The notes under the pieces: model-generated
Database searches by the model: none
Seen by the model: only the letters and a program-made list of their open reading frames with translations
Told to the model about the DNA's origin: nothing
Source of the DNA: Cenococcum geophilum
Taxonomy: Eukaryota
Direction of reading: 5' to 3'
DNA: 64,000 bases
Assembly: GCA_050273025.1 (NCBI GenBank)
Contig: CP158635.1
Coordinates: 31,310,001-31,374,000, forward strand
Part shown: positions 1-13,100 of the stretch, piece after piece
Layout of the letters: every line of letters begins with the position of its first letter
How positions within the stretch are numbered: the stretch's first letter is position 1
Program-made: the position numbers and the translations under genes

Positions 1-1400
1 GCTTTATAAAGAGCATCTAGCGGAGCTTTTAGCAGAGCCTTTAGTAGAGCTCTATATAGAGCTTCGGTAGAGCTCTATACGGAGTTTTAGCAGAGCTTCA
101 TGCCGAGCTTTTAGCAGAGCCTTTAGTAGAGCTCTATGTAAAGCTTTGTATAGAGCTTTATACAGAGCTTCTAGTAGAGCCTTTAGTAGAGCTTTATACA
201 GAGCTTCGGTAGAGCTTTATATAGAGCTTTAGTAGAGCTCTATACAGAGCTTCGGTAAAGCTCTATACAGAGTCTTAGTAGAGCTTCGTACCGAGCTTCT
301 GGCAGTAGAGCTCTATGTAAAGCTTTATGCAGAGCTTTATGCAGAGCTTTTGGCTAAGCCTTTAGTAGAGCTCCGTATAGAGCTTTAGTAGAGCTCTATG
401 TAGAGCTTCGGTAGAGCCCTATATAGAGCTTTAGTAGAGCTCTATGTAGAGCTTTAGTAGAGCTCTATGCAGAGCTTCGGTAGAGCTCTATGCAGAGCTT
501 CGGTAGAGCTCTATATAAAGTCTTAGTAGAGCTTCGTGCCGAGCTTCTAGTAGAGCCTTTAGTAGAGCTCTGTGTAGAGCTCTATGCAGAGCTTTAGTAG
601 AGCTCTATACAAAGTCTTAGTAGAGCTTCGTGCTAAGCTTCTAGTAGAGCCTTTAGTAGAGCTCCGTGCAGAGCTTTATGTAGAGCTTTAAGGGAGCTTC
701 GTAGAGAGCATTTAGCAGAGCTTTGTATAGAGCTTTTAGTAGAGCCTTTAGTAGAGCTTCGTGTAGAGCTTCGGTAGAGCTCTATATAGATCTTTAGTAG
801 AGCTCTATGTAGAGCTTCGGTAGAGCTCTATATAAAGTCTTAGTAGAGCTTCGTGCCGAGCTTCTAGTAGAGCCTTTGGTAGAGCTCCGTGTAAAGCTTT
901 ATATAAAGCTTTAAGGGAGCTTCGTAAAGAGCATCTAGTAGAGCTTTATATAGAGCTTCTAGTAGAGCCTTTAGTAGAGCTCTATATAGAGCTTCGGTAG
1001 AGCTCTATACAGAGCTTCGGTAGAGCTCTATATAGAGCTTCGGTAGAGCTCTATACAGAGCTTCGGTAGAGCTCTATATAGAGCTTCGGTAGAGCTCTAT
1101 ATAGAGCTTCGGTAGAGCTCTATATAGAGTCTTAGTAAAGCTTTATACCGAGCTTCTAGCAGAGCCTTTAGTAGAGCTCTATGCAGAGCTTTATGTAGAG
1201 CTTTAAGGGAGCTTTATAGAGAGTATCTGGCAGAGCTTCGTACAGAGCCTCTAGTAGAGCCTTTAGTAGAGCTCTATATAGAGCTTTAGTAGAGCTCTAT
1301 ACGGAGCTTCGGTAGAGCTTTAAGGGAGCTTCATAGGGAGCCTCTAGGAGCTTTATATAGAGCTTTTTAGCAGTGCTTTTTAGCAGAGCCTTTAGTAGAG
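1..1400. repeat. Minisatellite/satellite built from 11-12 bp AGAGCT-core subunits (dominant 23-bp period)
   Basis: AGAGCTCTATATAGAGCTTCGGT repeats with a clean 23-bp period at about 970-1130. Variants differ mainly by C>T/G>A. The array runs off the window start. Confidence 0.9.
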
Positions 1401-4400
1401 CCTGTTCCGACTAATACCGGTATATATGATGTTCTAGAACATTTCTGCCTCATTCTAAAACAAGTCGTCCTTGTTCCAAAATGAGTCGTATATTGCTTTA
1501 ATCGGCTTTATTCCAGATTACTTGCCTTATTCTAGAAAAGATCTTGCCTTATTCTGGAAAAGATTTAAAGCTATATTAAGATTTGATAGAGCTTTTTTAA
1601 CTTCTTAATAAATATATAGATTTTGCCTATTTCTTAATAATTATAAATAAGGACCAATATATAATTAATTTAATTTTGGCTGCAAAATAAGTGGTTATAT
1701 ATCTTAGATATTATAATCTATTATTTAGTAGAGTATAGTCGCGATATCTAGTATAAAAATATAAGATTTTAATTTTCTAATGAGATTTTCTATTGCTTTA
1801 GAGATTAAATTTTACTACCCCCCCCCCCAAACCACCACAACACTATTAGATTCTATCTAAACTAGATTACGCTGCGATTTATAGGTGTATTTAAAGGCCT
1901 TTCCACGTTATAGGTATAGTCTATAAGTAGTAGAAACCAATTAGGTAGGGGGTAGTTAATTATGTTCCCCAACACCAAAATTTGCAAATTGTATAAAGTT
2001 TCAAACCTATTAAGATCTATCAAAAGCCGGGCCCTCCGACGTTTTGCTAGCCATGGACTAATTACCTAATTAGGTTTGGCGTAATTGCGGTTTAGATTTC
2101 TCCTAGCTGCGCTAACCTTGCTCACTCTGTCGTTTTCCTTTCCTTTAGCTTGCGCAGCCTCGCCAGTAGGCTTAATTAATTACCTTCCTTATCTGCTATT
2201 GTTGATTAAGGTTATATAGAACTTTATAGTAGAGTCCCCTATTAGGCTCGCTTTGTTTAAGAGCTAATCTAAGTACTAGTAAGCAAGGTGTCCAACAGCA
2301 AGCGTTCAGCAAGCTTTGGGGCTTGGCAGCGAGCGAGCTGGCCAATTAGAACCGCTAGCTGCGCTGCGCTGCCCAAATCAAGGTCAAGACTGCAGCGCGC
2401 TGTCAGCGTTTCCTAATTAGGCAATTTAGATAGAATTTTTGGAGTAGCAGTTAAAAATTTTGGCAGCACTTTAGTATATACAAATTAACGTTACCTAGTT
2501 AAAAATCTATTCTTATTTGCCCAGTTTATATTATATCCGGAGGTTTAATAGAGTATTAAGGTACTTTAGCTAAGGAGACAGAGGCCCTATTTTAAAGTTA
2601 GTTTCTGCTTTAATCTTAAGCGTATATATATAGAGCTTATAACTTTAGTGTTTCTTCCGTTCTAAGGGGCTCGTAACCAGTAAGATCTATATTAAAGCTC
2701 GTTAGCCAGGGAGTAGTTAACCCGCCATTAGTATTAATGTAGTTAATTAAGCTACTTAGAATAAGGCCTTTAATTAGCCACCACTTCTAGTACTAGTCGG
2801 CTTCTATTATATCCGCACTAAGGCGATTTTATTTATCAGTTACTACCTTCTTAGCTTAGCTAAAGGCTCGCTTATATATAGAGCTTATAGCTAGTATAGA
2901 GAAGAGATCTAGGGCGATTTTAGCAAGTGTTGGATAGAGGATCCTTCCAACGCCGAGCCACTAGTTAAGAGGATTAGGTAGAGGGACGGTGGCCTTACTA
3001 CCGTCCTTCTTAATCTTTTAAAGTACGAGGCCTTCTTCGTAATATCGTTCGGGCTTAGTAGTAAGCTTCTACTTCTTCCACTAGCGTATAGATAGAACTA
3101 GATTCTCATTAACTGTCAGTAATTGCTTATAGGCGTTATTATCCGAATTACCGCCCGGCTTGCGAGGGACCTTCCATTAGCGCTCCTTAGCAGGATCCTC
3201 GTCTTCTTTATTAGTAAGCTCATTAATATAGGTGTTAAAGACTTCATCCATAGCCTTTTCTGCGTGCTTCCACTATATAGGCCAGTTTCGCCACTTATCG
3301 CGGAAGTAGCCACGTTTAAGCGAAGGATAGAGTATTACCGCGGCGAAGTAAAAAGGACTCTCTTCCTTCATCTTATTAAAGTATTTATTAATTTTTTAAA
3401 TTGCTATATTAACGCCCGACTTTAGGAATAAGTTAGCTTTATTGCTAAGCTCCTACTTTATCCGCTAGAGGCCCTAGTAAAGGAGTTCTATAGTAGTAAT
3501 TAACTCCCATAAAGTACTATAAGAGCCCTTAACGCCAGGCGTATTAGCGTCACCTTTTATACACTTAGTAGCTTATATAAAGGGCCTTAGGATCTTAATT
3601 AGGCGCTTAACGTTAACCCAATCTATATTAGTAAAGGTATCCTATAATAGATCCGTTACGTCCCTATCTAACTACCTCTATACGCGTATATATTTGTTAA
3701 TTCCTTTACAAAGTTTAATAGCTCGCACCAGTATAAAGTAGGTAGAGTTCCACCGCACGCCTCCGTCTTTAATAAGCAGGAGTTTTATATAATTAAATAG
3801 TTCGTCCTTAGCGCTGGCCTTCACCTAGTACTTAGTGAAGTCCTCACAACAGCCTAGTGTCCGCATAATATATTTAACGATATTATATAGCTTGCCTATA
3901 AAGCCCTTCTTGCGGAACTGCTTAAAGATTGCTTAATCGCTTACACTAATAAGCTCTCTCTTAAACTTGCTAACGCCTTCGCCGTAAATTAAGGCCTTAA
4001 CGATAAGATTAATAATATAGCCGCTGCATCAAAGTTATCCCTTATTTAGCACTATAAGAGTCTCCTCTAATTAAGCGTAGAGCTCGTTATTATTTATAGC
4101 GTTATCTATCGTAAGGCAGCCAAGAATTAATTCAATCTTATATTTTAGGATTACTAACGTTAAACATCACGTGATATTTTCACTAGTATATAATCCTCTT
4201 ATTTATAGGAGGCCAATAAGGACTAACTAAAGCTTGCCGTCTTCGTTAATAAAATAAGCAACTACGCCAAGTAGTAATAGCCCATTAGTAAACATCTAAA
4301 CGTTATAGCTAATATTAATTTTACTAAGAGCGGTGGCTAAAAGGTCCTTAATATTAATAGTACGGTATATAAACGCGTTCTTAATCCAATTACTAAGTAA

Positions 4401-4510
4401 TGTAGGCGCGCTAATAAGACAATCCTATATTTAAGGGCGGTCGAATCGTCAGGAAAACGGGGAGTGGCGCAGGAAATTTGGTTTCGCTAAAAGTACTTTT
4501 GGGGCCCAGG

Positions 4511-4680
4511 GCTAGCTTTCCGCCATATTAGCCAAACCCTGGGGCTGTACGCTAGCTTTTCGCCATATTAGCCAAACCCTAGGGCTATACGCTGGCTTTT
4601 CGCCATATTAGCCAAACCCTAGGGCTATACGCTGGCTTTTCGCCATATTAGCTAAACCCTAGGGCTATACGCCAGCTTCT
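4511..4680. repeat. 40-bp subterminal tandem repeat (about 4 copies)
   Basis: GCTAGCTTTCCGCCATATTAGCCAAACCCTGGGGCTGTAC repeated with few changes. Confidence 0.9.
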
Positions 4681-4980
4681 GGCTATAAAATAAATATTAT
4701 TACTATTATTGCATTTATTGCTATTAGGGTATTAAAATTCTAAAGGCCTCCTGTAGGCTCCTAGCAGGCTTTTTAGCAGGCTCTTAGCAGGACTTTAATT
4801 TTCCTAATTATTTAAATCGTCCTACATAACAGTACCATCGGGTCCCCATTCTATTCCCGACAGCCTCTACACGTGCCTTTGCATACCCCTTGTACACCTA
4901 AATGCCACCTTATTTTTTAACCTTTCTTCACCCTCCTTACCTAGGGAGGCACTAGAACGGCAGCCAGCAGAAGACTGTGA

Positions 4981-5230
4981 CCAGAACCAGACGACGGTCG
5001 TCAGAACCAGACGACGGTCGTCAGAACCAGACGACGGTCGTCAGAACCAGACGACGGTCGTCAGAACCAGACGACGGTCGTCAGAACCAGACGACGGTCG
5101 TCAGAACCAGACGACGGTCGTCAGAACCAGACGACGGTCGTCAGAACCAGACAACGGTCGTCAGAACCAGACGACGGTCGTCAGAACCAGACGACGGTCG
5201 TCAGAACCAGACGACGGTAGAACCAGACGA
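4981..5230. repeat. 20-bp tandem array (12 near-perfect copies)
   Basis: TCAGAACCAGACGACGGTCG x12; across unit junctions it forms the GACGAC-G-GTCGTC inverted repeat. Confidence 0.95.
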
Positions 5231-5934
5231 CGACCATTCGAACGACCAGCCAGCGAACACCACGATCGATTCGATCGATCGATCGAATCGAACTAGAGCC
5301 TCGATATCAACCCATCACCAAATCGAATCGAATCAAGGCCTCCTAGGGAGGCACCCCAGATAACCACCGTTCGAATGTACAGCCGGCGAACGCCTGTAGA
5401 GAACGATTCGAATCAATTAGAGCCTTCAATCGGGCCGATCCCTTCCCTAAATTAAATCAGGTACTGACATGGCAGGCAGGCAGGCAGGCAGGCAGGCAAG
5501 CAGGCAGGCAGGTAGGTAGGTAGGTAGGTAGGTAAGCAGACAGGTAGGTAGGCAGGTAGGACCGTCGCCAGAACCATGACCGTCGCCGGAGCCAGATAAT
5601 AATCGTTTGAACGACCAGCCAGTGAACACCACGATTAATTCAATCGGTTGATCGAATTAAACCAGAGCCTCAATATCACCCTATTACCAAATCGAATCGA
5701 ATCGAATTAAGGCCTCTTAGGGAGGCACCCCAGACAACCACCGTTCAAACGTATAGCCAGCGAACGCCCATAGAGAACGATTCGAATTAATACAATCAAT
5801 CGCAATCGAATCAAGCAGAGCCTTCAATCGAGCCGACCTCTATCCCGAATTATAGATACAGACAGGTAGGTATAGACAAGTAGGCACGACAGGCAGGCAC
5901 AGACAGGTAGGCACGAACAAGTAGGACAGTCAGA

Positions 5935-6155
5935 TAGGCAGGACAGGCAGGACAGGCAGGACAGGCAGGACAGGCAGGACAGGCAGGACAGGCAGGACAG
6001 GCAGGACAGGCAGGACAGGCAGGATAGGCAGGATAGGCAGGACAGGCAGGACAGGCAGGACAGGCAGGACAGGCAGGACAGGCAGGGCAGGTAGGGCAGG
6101 TAGGGCAGGCAGGGCAGGCAGGGCAGGCAGGGCAGGCACGCAGGCACGCAGGCAC
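5935..6155. repeat. Microsatellite (GGACAGGCA)n/(GGGCAGGCA)n; a related (GGCA)n/(GGTA)n tract lies at 5471-5560
   Basis: Read directly; explains the low-complexity ORFs at 5824-6210. Confidence 0.95.
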
Positions 6156-8004
6156 TAGGCCTAGTTAGGAAATCAGTACATAGCCGGCGGATCATCGGGA
6201 ACGCCGCCAATTGACGATTTAGAGTCTGCGAGAGATATCCCTTATAGCTACCATTAATTTTAAATTTTAAATTTTATTATTTATTTTATAATTATAAATA
6301 TTACAGCTATAGGAAATATTATATAAAATGTATAAAATGTATAAAACGTATGAAACGCACAAAACGTACAAAATATGCTAATATTGCTAATGTTGCTAAT
6401 ATGGCCCCGGGCTAGCCCCGGGCTAGCGTAAATAAGTATATATAAGCAGATCAGCGGATCCAGCTAAAATGACCCCGGGCCAGCCCCAGGCTAGCCCCTG
6501 GCTAGCCCCTACCACCCTCCCGTTTTCCTGACGAATATAAGCAGAGCTCTCGTATACGCGCTAGTTACTTACCAAAAGGTAACGTCCTAGAGAATTATCC
6601 AATTAGTATAGGCTTAAATATAGCCTTTTGCTTAAAACGGCTGTTGGTTTAGCTAGGGGCTCAGCGCGTATAGATTTTATATAGCTGCCCTTAAGGGATT
6701 AGAAAGCTTTACCTTTTGTTCACTAGTCTTAAATTTATCAACAAAGATACTATATTTTCCCTTTAGATAATTGGCAATATAGTCATTACTGTTAAGAATA
6801 AGCAGAGCGCCTGGTTTGCGAGCTAGGTGGCAGCTTCTATATAGCTAAAGCCTCTTTTTACCATCTGGCGTCTTTTAGTATAGGTCAGCTCTATACTACT
6901 ATATTTCTAACGGGCTTTAATTTCTAAATATTATACGCTTATTTAGCACTCGGTATCCAAAGTCGCCAGTAAGATATTGCCCGCTAATATATAAATCGTC
7001 CCATTTAATAGGAAATACGCAGCCGTAGTATTATTTAGCTAGAGGAGGAAGTTATAATACGTGTGGGTTAAAAGGATTTATTAGAACGCGTTATTCGCCC
7101 TTATTGTCGATAGTAAGGGGTATAGAGGCCGCGGAACTAGGCGTTAAAGGTACTAAAGGACTTAATTAACGTAAAGCTCGTGGTGTAGATAAGGAAGGAG
7201 TAATAAGTAGAGCTTAAAGGCCTAGCTGGCGTATGCGAAATAGGGTTATTTATAGCATCTTTATAAATAAGGGTAGAGTATAATATTAATAATTAAAGAA
7301 GGGTTAGGGATTCTTGGTAAGGCTATAGTAAGATTCCCTAATATCCTCTATCTTTTCCTAAAGCATTAGCACTTCACTAAACCCGATATAAAAAAGTTAA
7401 CTTTTAGTAGTCGGTAAATAACGCGTTAGTAGAGATAATTAGGGATACTAGCAGGGGCTATATTAAGGATCTCCGTGTTTCTTATTGCTTAGCGCGCTTA
7501 TAACCCCCAAACCTAACAGAAAGTTAACACGCGCTTTAAAACACTAAGATTCTATCACCACTTCCATATTAAGGCAGCGAGCTATCAGCGCGCTTCTGAC
7601 CCTACTAGAAACTCGCTGCCTACATCCTATTGCTAGCTAGCTAAACCGCTATGTAGTCTCTTGGCAGCTTCGCTATTAGCGTTACTAGCTATTAAATACC
7701 TTAAATCGACCCTGCCTCGGCCACGTGCTATAACTGCGATAAGTAGGGTTACTTTACCTCGTTCTGCCCAGAGCTAAAGGATATAGGCGATATCAAGAAG
7801 ATAAAGGAAGGAGAAATGTCCAATAAGTTAGGAAAAGAAGAACCCTAGGGAAAGACTCCCCCCTAGGGTACCCTATTGATCTCAAAGAGATTAATCTTAG
7901 TAAGTTAATAGGTAGAAAGTATTTTACGGTTCTATATATAGTATCTTAAAATAGATATAGAGTTAATATAACCGCCCTTATTAACACTAGAGTAAATAGC
8001 TTCG

Positions 8005-10107
8005 TAACTTTCACCGCACATGCAACCTTACCAAAAGGTAGCGCCACACTTCAAAACTTACGCATACCCATCTTACTATCAAAAACAATCGATTTTCCAA
8101 CTTTTAAGACTTAATTCCTACTGCCTAGCGAGCTAGAGGTAGATTTATTTGTCGTTTTACTCCCTTTCCCCCAATAGAAAATTCTTCTTAGGGGTGGTCC
8201 TAGCTTATAAGCGAGGCACGGACAGGAATACTAAAACTAAATACCAAAACTACGAAATATAGAGGCTAGATTTTCTACTACCTTTTAGCCTAATCTCCCC
8301 AGAAATCTTCTAGTAGGATTAGTAAGGAGAAAGGGTATAAAGATAGTAAAACTAGGAACCCTTATATAAGATACAAAATGCCAAGGCCTAATAGGTCTAA
8401 AAAAAAACCTCCTATAGAAATAAGTGATAAAGGCTCTACATCTACTTGTTCTCCCCCTTTTCCTTCTCCTAGCCCAATTAGGACAGGAGAAAAAAGAAGA
8501 CATCCTTAGTCTTCCCCTGAAAAAGAAAACCAAAAACCTATAAAAAAGACAATAAAACTAATAACTACTATGGATAATACGGACAATATACCCTCCTATT
8601 CCTTTTCTCCAGGACAATATCTAAGCTTCGCTTTAGAAAGCCTAACCCAGGCCTATAAAGGGCTAGAAGAAGAAGAAGAAGAAGAAAGAGAAGGAATAAA
8701 AGAACAAGTTAAACAGCTAGTGTACTATACACGAAGTATCCTATTAGGAGAAAATCCCTTTACATAAGAAGAAGAAGAAGAAAAAAAAGAAAAAGAGAAG
8801 ACAAACGATGTCCTAAAAGGACTAGTAGAAGAAGTAAGAGCTCTCCGTAAGGAGGTGGCTCCTATTAAAGAAACCTACGCAGAGAGGCTAAAGAAGGACC
8901 TTCCTTATTAATACTATCTTCTACCCCTTCTACTTCTACTAGAAGTAAGAAAAAGCAGCTATAAGAAAGGAAGCTAGTCCTAATTACAGACGAAAAGGAC
9001 TAACCCCTAAATACCTTCTCTATACGAAACAAAGTCAATTAACTATTTGCATTAAAATTGCAAGTAAAAAAGCCAGTTTTAGCATCTATAGCTAGAACAA
9101 AAGGAAAACAAAATATTCTCCTTACAACTACAGAAGAGTATAATGCAGATTTCTTGGTCAAATATAAGGAGATCTGGCATAACCGCTTTACCTTTTAAAG
9201 AGAACAAAAACTAGAACTATGGGTTTAAATTATAGCCTACGGGGTTCCTACCCTACCTTTCCTAGGAGAAGGGGCTCTAAGCTCCTAAAGGAAGAAATCG
9301 AGACCTTTAATCCTATAAGGATATAAGGACTACCTAGATAGATCTTATCTAGTGTAAAAAGACACAATCCATAGACTAGATTTGGCTCTATAGTTTTTAC
9401 TATAAAGAACGAAGAAAAAAGACAAGAAATCCTTAAGCAAAAAGAGATATTAATTGCAGGTATAGCTACTAAGGTAGTAAAATACCTCGAAGTCTCTCCT
9501 ACTACGCAGTGTACGAGCTGCCAAAAATTTGGCCATATAGGAGATAGGTGCTCTACTAGGGCCTATAGATACTATGCGGCTGCACATTTATCTAAAGACC
9601 ATTCCTATTCTACCTGTATAATAACAGGCAAGCCTTACTAGCATACCACCCCTTTTTGCATTAATTATAAAGAAAAACACTTTGCTAATAGTAAAGACTG
9701 CGAGACTCTTAAAGCAGCTAAGCTAGTATATAAAGAAGATTTTATGGAAGAATAAAAACAGATAGGATTCTAGAAGGAGGTAACTCCTACTAGGCTCTTA
9801 AAAAGATATTAGAGAGTAAAAGGACAGAAATAAATTGCAAAAGGATAGGGATAGGGGTTAGGATTTCTTATTGTTTTTCTTACCATCTTCTCATTCCCTA
9901 GTAGTTGTAGTATCTTAGTATTTTACTAGGAAACTATAAACTCCTAATTTAGGGGTTTATAAACTACTAGGACATAGCTACTAGTATATATTAAGCTGCC
10001 TAGAAAGGATTTATATATATAGAACTATAGCGCCATAGCCCAAGGCTGCATGCGTAGTATTGTACGTAGTATAATACAATTGGATAATAAAAAAATAAAA
10101 AATAAAA
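8005..10107 (+). mobile_element. LINE (Tad1-like)-derived non-autonomous retroelement carrying only ORF1
   Basis: 11-bp TSD AAATAGCTTCG at 7994-8004 and 10108-10118, with an A-rich tail at 10086-10110. It splits the gypsy protease motif. No endonuclease or RT recognised. Confidence 0.85.
8570..9755 (+). pseudogene. LINE ORF1 (gag-like) with C-terminal zinc knuckles
   Basis: ATG at 8570 followed by an acidic/coiled N-terminus. QCTSCQKFGHIGDRC...AAHLSKDH..C...FCINYKEKHFANSKDC near 9505-9700. RIP stops and frameshifts. Confidence 0.8.
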
Positions 10108-13100
10108 AAATAGCTTCGCCTTTATAAATACTACCTATATAAATAATGTTGCCAAGTTTCTAAATGCAGAAGCTATCTGACTAGAGAAGCCTATCTAGGT
10201 AAAAGGCTATAACGGCTAAGCCAGTTAGCCTGTTACCCACATTTTAAAGTTATATATCGCTCTTAACGGACGACGCTAATATGGTATCCCCTTTTATATC
10301 CTAGACTTGGGGTCCTATAATATAATCCTTAGACGAAAATAGATGTCCTATTTTAATATTTAGTTAAATATGCAATAAAGATAGTTTATCTAGCTAGAGG
10401 ATAGACTAAAGTTACCCTCCTTTATTAGGGAGATCCAAACTAACCGCAAGACACTAGCCGTAAGGGCTAACCCTACCTACTAGTAGGATGTCCGGGCCCG
10501 TAACCTAGCCTTTACCTAAAAAGACGCCTACCGCGAAGCTGGAAAGAACTCTGTATTAATAAAGATACTCTTCTAAAGCGCTATATTTAAAGAGGACTCT
10601 ATATACGGAAGCGGAATAGATAGTAATATAGATAACGTTTAAATTATATAGATCTAACCGGTATAGAAAAGAACGTATTAATAGGATATAAGGGATAACC
10701 TCTAAAAGATGCAATAGGAGCTAAAAGGAGTAATAATAACGCTAGTACCCTAGAAGTCCCTAAAGTTATATACGCCCCTATTATTAGATAAACCCCCTAC
10801 CATAAATATCGCTATAATTAGCGCTATAGTGTTCTACTTTAATATATACCAGAAGGATAATAAGGTCTTTATAATAAGCCTATATAAGATTAACCGAATT
10901 ATTAATAATAGAGAGGAAAGGCTAGCTAAGGAAACCGATAAGGAACTAGTTAAACGCCTCCTTTTTACTATTTATACAAACTATAAAAATGTATTCTTAA
11001 AGGCGGCCTTAAATAAGTTACCCCCCTACTAGACATACGATTATAAGATTTAATTAGAAGCCAATAACTCGCTAGGTTATAGCCCTCTACTATTAATTAA
11101 CGGATAAGCTAAAAGTAATAAAGTAGTACTTAATTAATAACCTAGATAAAGGGTTTATTAAGCTAAGTTAAGCCCCTTTTACTTCCCCTATTTTGTTTAT
11201 AAAAAAGCCTAATAAAGGCCTTTATTTTTATATTAACTATTAAAAGCTAAACGCTATTACTTAAAAGGACCGGTATCCTATTCCTTTAATTAATAAAATC
11301 CTTATACGTCTAAGCTAGGTAAAGATCTTTACTAAACTTAATATCCGCTAAGCTTTCTACTAAATTAGGATAGACCCTATATTTAAAGACTTAACAACAT
11401 TCTATACCCGTTATAGTTCCTATAAATATAAAGTTCTTCCTTTTAGACTATTAAACGGACTGGCTACGTACCAAAGGTATATAAATAACGTTCTTTTTAA
11501 TTACCTTAATAAATTTTGCACGGTATACCTAGACGACATTCTTATATACTTAGACGACAAACTTAAGTATTAAGTTTATATTAAGAAGGTTCTGGAGAGA
11601 CTACGGAACGTGGGCTTATAAGTTAATATTAAGAAATGCAAGTTTGGGGTAAAATATATAAAATACCTTAGGTTTATCGTGACTATAAAAGGAATTAAGG
11701 TTAACCCTAAGAAGGTAGAGGCAATCTGTAACTAGAAGCCCCCTTATATAGTAAAGGAAATTTAGTCCTTTCTTAGCTTTTATAACTTCTACCGTTAGTT
11801 TATCCATAACTATAGAATTATAGTAAAACCTCTCGTACGACTAACTAGGAAGGATACGCCTTTTGTCTTTAATAATAGCTATATAGAAGCCTTTAAAGAG
11901 ATAAAGGATCGGCTTATCTCTTCCCTAATTCTTTATTACTATAGCCTAGACCTTAAATTAATACTAGAAATAAACGCCTCTAATAGGGTTATAGCGGGAA
12001 TCCTATTACAGTTATATCTAGACGGCGAATAGTACCCTATAGCTTTCTTCTTAAAGATAATAAACCTGGTTAAGTGTAACTACAAAGTACACAATAAAGA
12101 AATGCTAGCTATTATTTAATTACTCTCCTAATAGCGCGCAGAGCTTAAAGGTATAAACTTCCGGATTAAGATATATATAGATTATAAAGCCCTAGAGTAT
12201 TTTATAACTATAAAGCAGCTTACTAAATAATAAGCCTAGTAAGCTAAAATACTCTTCTAATTCTTCTTTACAATTATATATTATTTTAGTAAGTAAAACT
12301 TTAAGGCTAATACCTTAACCTAAAGAGAATAAGATATAGGGCTCTAGGATAAGTTAAAGACCTAATATTAGACGCGCGCCCTCCTCTATTTAGAATAGCT
12401 TAACCTATAAATCCTTAAGGAGCTAGACTTCTAGTAAAACGAGCTAGTACTAATAGAGGAGTCCTTAAATAAGCTAATAGGGCTAATTAACCGCCTCCTA
12501 ATTGTAAACCGCATGGCTAACGCCCTAAGGGCTCTTCGTAAATAAGCTGTAAAAGGAAACCCCAATTTTAAGACGGAGAAAGAATTACTCCTATACTAGG
12601 AGCGGCTTATAGTCCCTAACGTTAATAATCTACGGACTAAACTAATTTGTAAAGCTTATTACTAAGTCTCTACGGCATACCCTAGCAAGAATAAGACCTG
12701 TAAAATTATTAACTACCACTACTACTAGCCAAGAATAGTTGTGAATATTAATTAATATATATGGAACTGCGAAGACTGCTAGAGAGCTATAATCCCACAG
12801 GATAAGACCCTAGAACTACTTAAGCCACTCCTAATACTAGAGCGCCCTTAGTAGTATATCTTTATAGACTTTTATAAACTACCTAGGGACCGTAACAGAT
12901 ATAATATAGTTATAGTTATAGTCGACCGCTTTAGTAAACGCCTATTTTTAATTCCCTATTATAAGAATATTAATGCTAAAGAGGCAGCCTGGCTATATAT
13001 CTATTACGTCTACTAAATCTATAAACTACTAGATACTATTATGTCTAATTATAGGCTATAGTTTATATTGGCCTTCTAGAATAAGTTTACCTAGATTCTA

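Larger units (their letters stand above)
4447..6533. mobile_element. Non-autonomous TIR element with 15-bp TIRs and 3-bp AAT TSD; superfamily unassigned
   Basis: CGTCAGGAAAACGGG at 4447-4461 and CCCGTTTTCCTGACG at 6519-6533, each flanked by AAT. Removing the element plus one AAT restores the hAT transposase frame (RALLIFDRP). Confidence 0.85.
2700..7260 (-). pseudogene. hAT transposase relic (BED finger, DDE core, C-terminal dimerisation domain); ends approximate
   Basis: Minus-strand translation gives ISYNV* (ISCDVW), CLTIDNA, L*CSGYIINL (CxxH), GVRWNSTY and NPLN*WLG..YPTLAKIALDLFSI..S..KRAF. Many TAA/TAG stops. Confidence 0.9.
2284..7703 (-). mobile_element. hAT DNA transposon, RIP-inactivated, interrupted by an insertion at 4447-6533
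   Basis: The TIR CAAGGTGTCCAACAGC at 2284 matches the reverse complement of 7688-7703 (TAAGGTATTTAATAGC) with only C>T/G>A differences. Transposase remnants lie inside. Confidence 0.8.

Noticed and set aside
3116..3425. Short ORFs inside the hAT element
   Set aside because: They are off-frame or antisense to the transposase relic.
4977..5363. 128-aa repetitive ORF; also CRISPR-like appearance
   Set aside because: It is a translation of a spacerless 20-bp tandem array. There are no unique spacers, and the context is eukaryotic.
5447..6210. Cys/Pro-rich ORFs (CLS)n, (CPA)n, (PVL)n
   Set aside because: Microsatellite translations.
8005..8300. Ribozyme at the 5' end of the ORF1-only element
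   Set aside because: No HDV or hammerhead fold could be assembled by eye.
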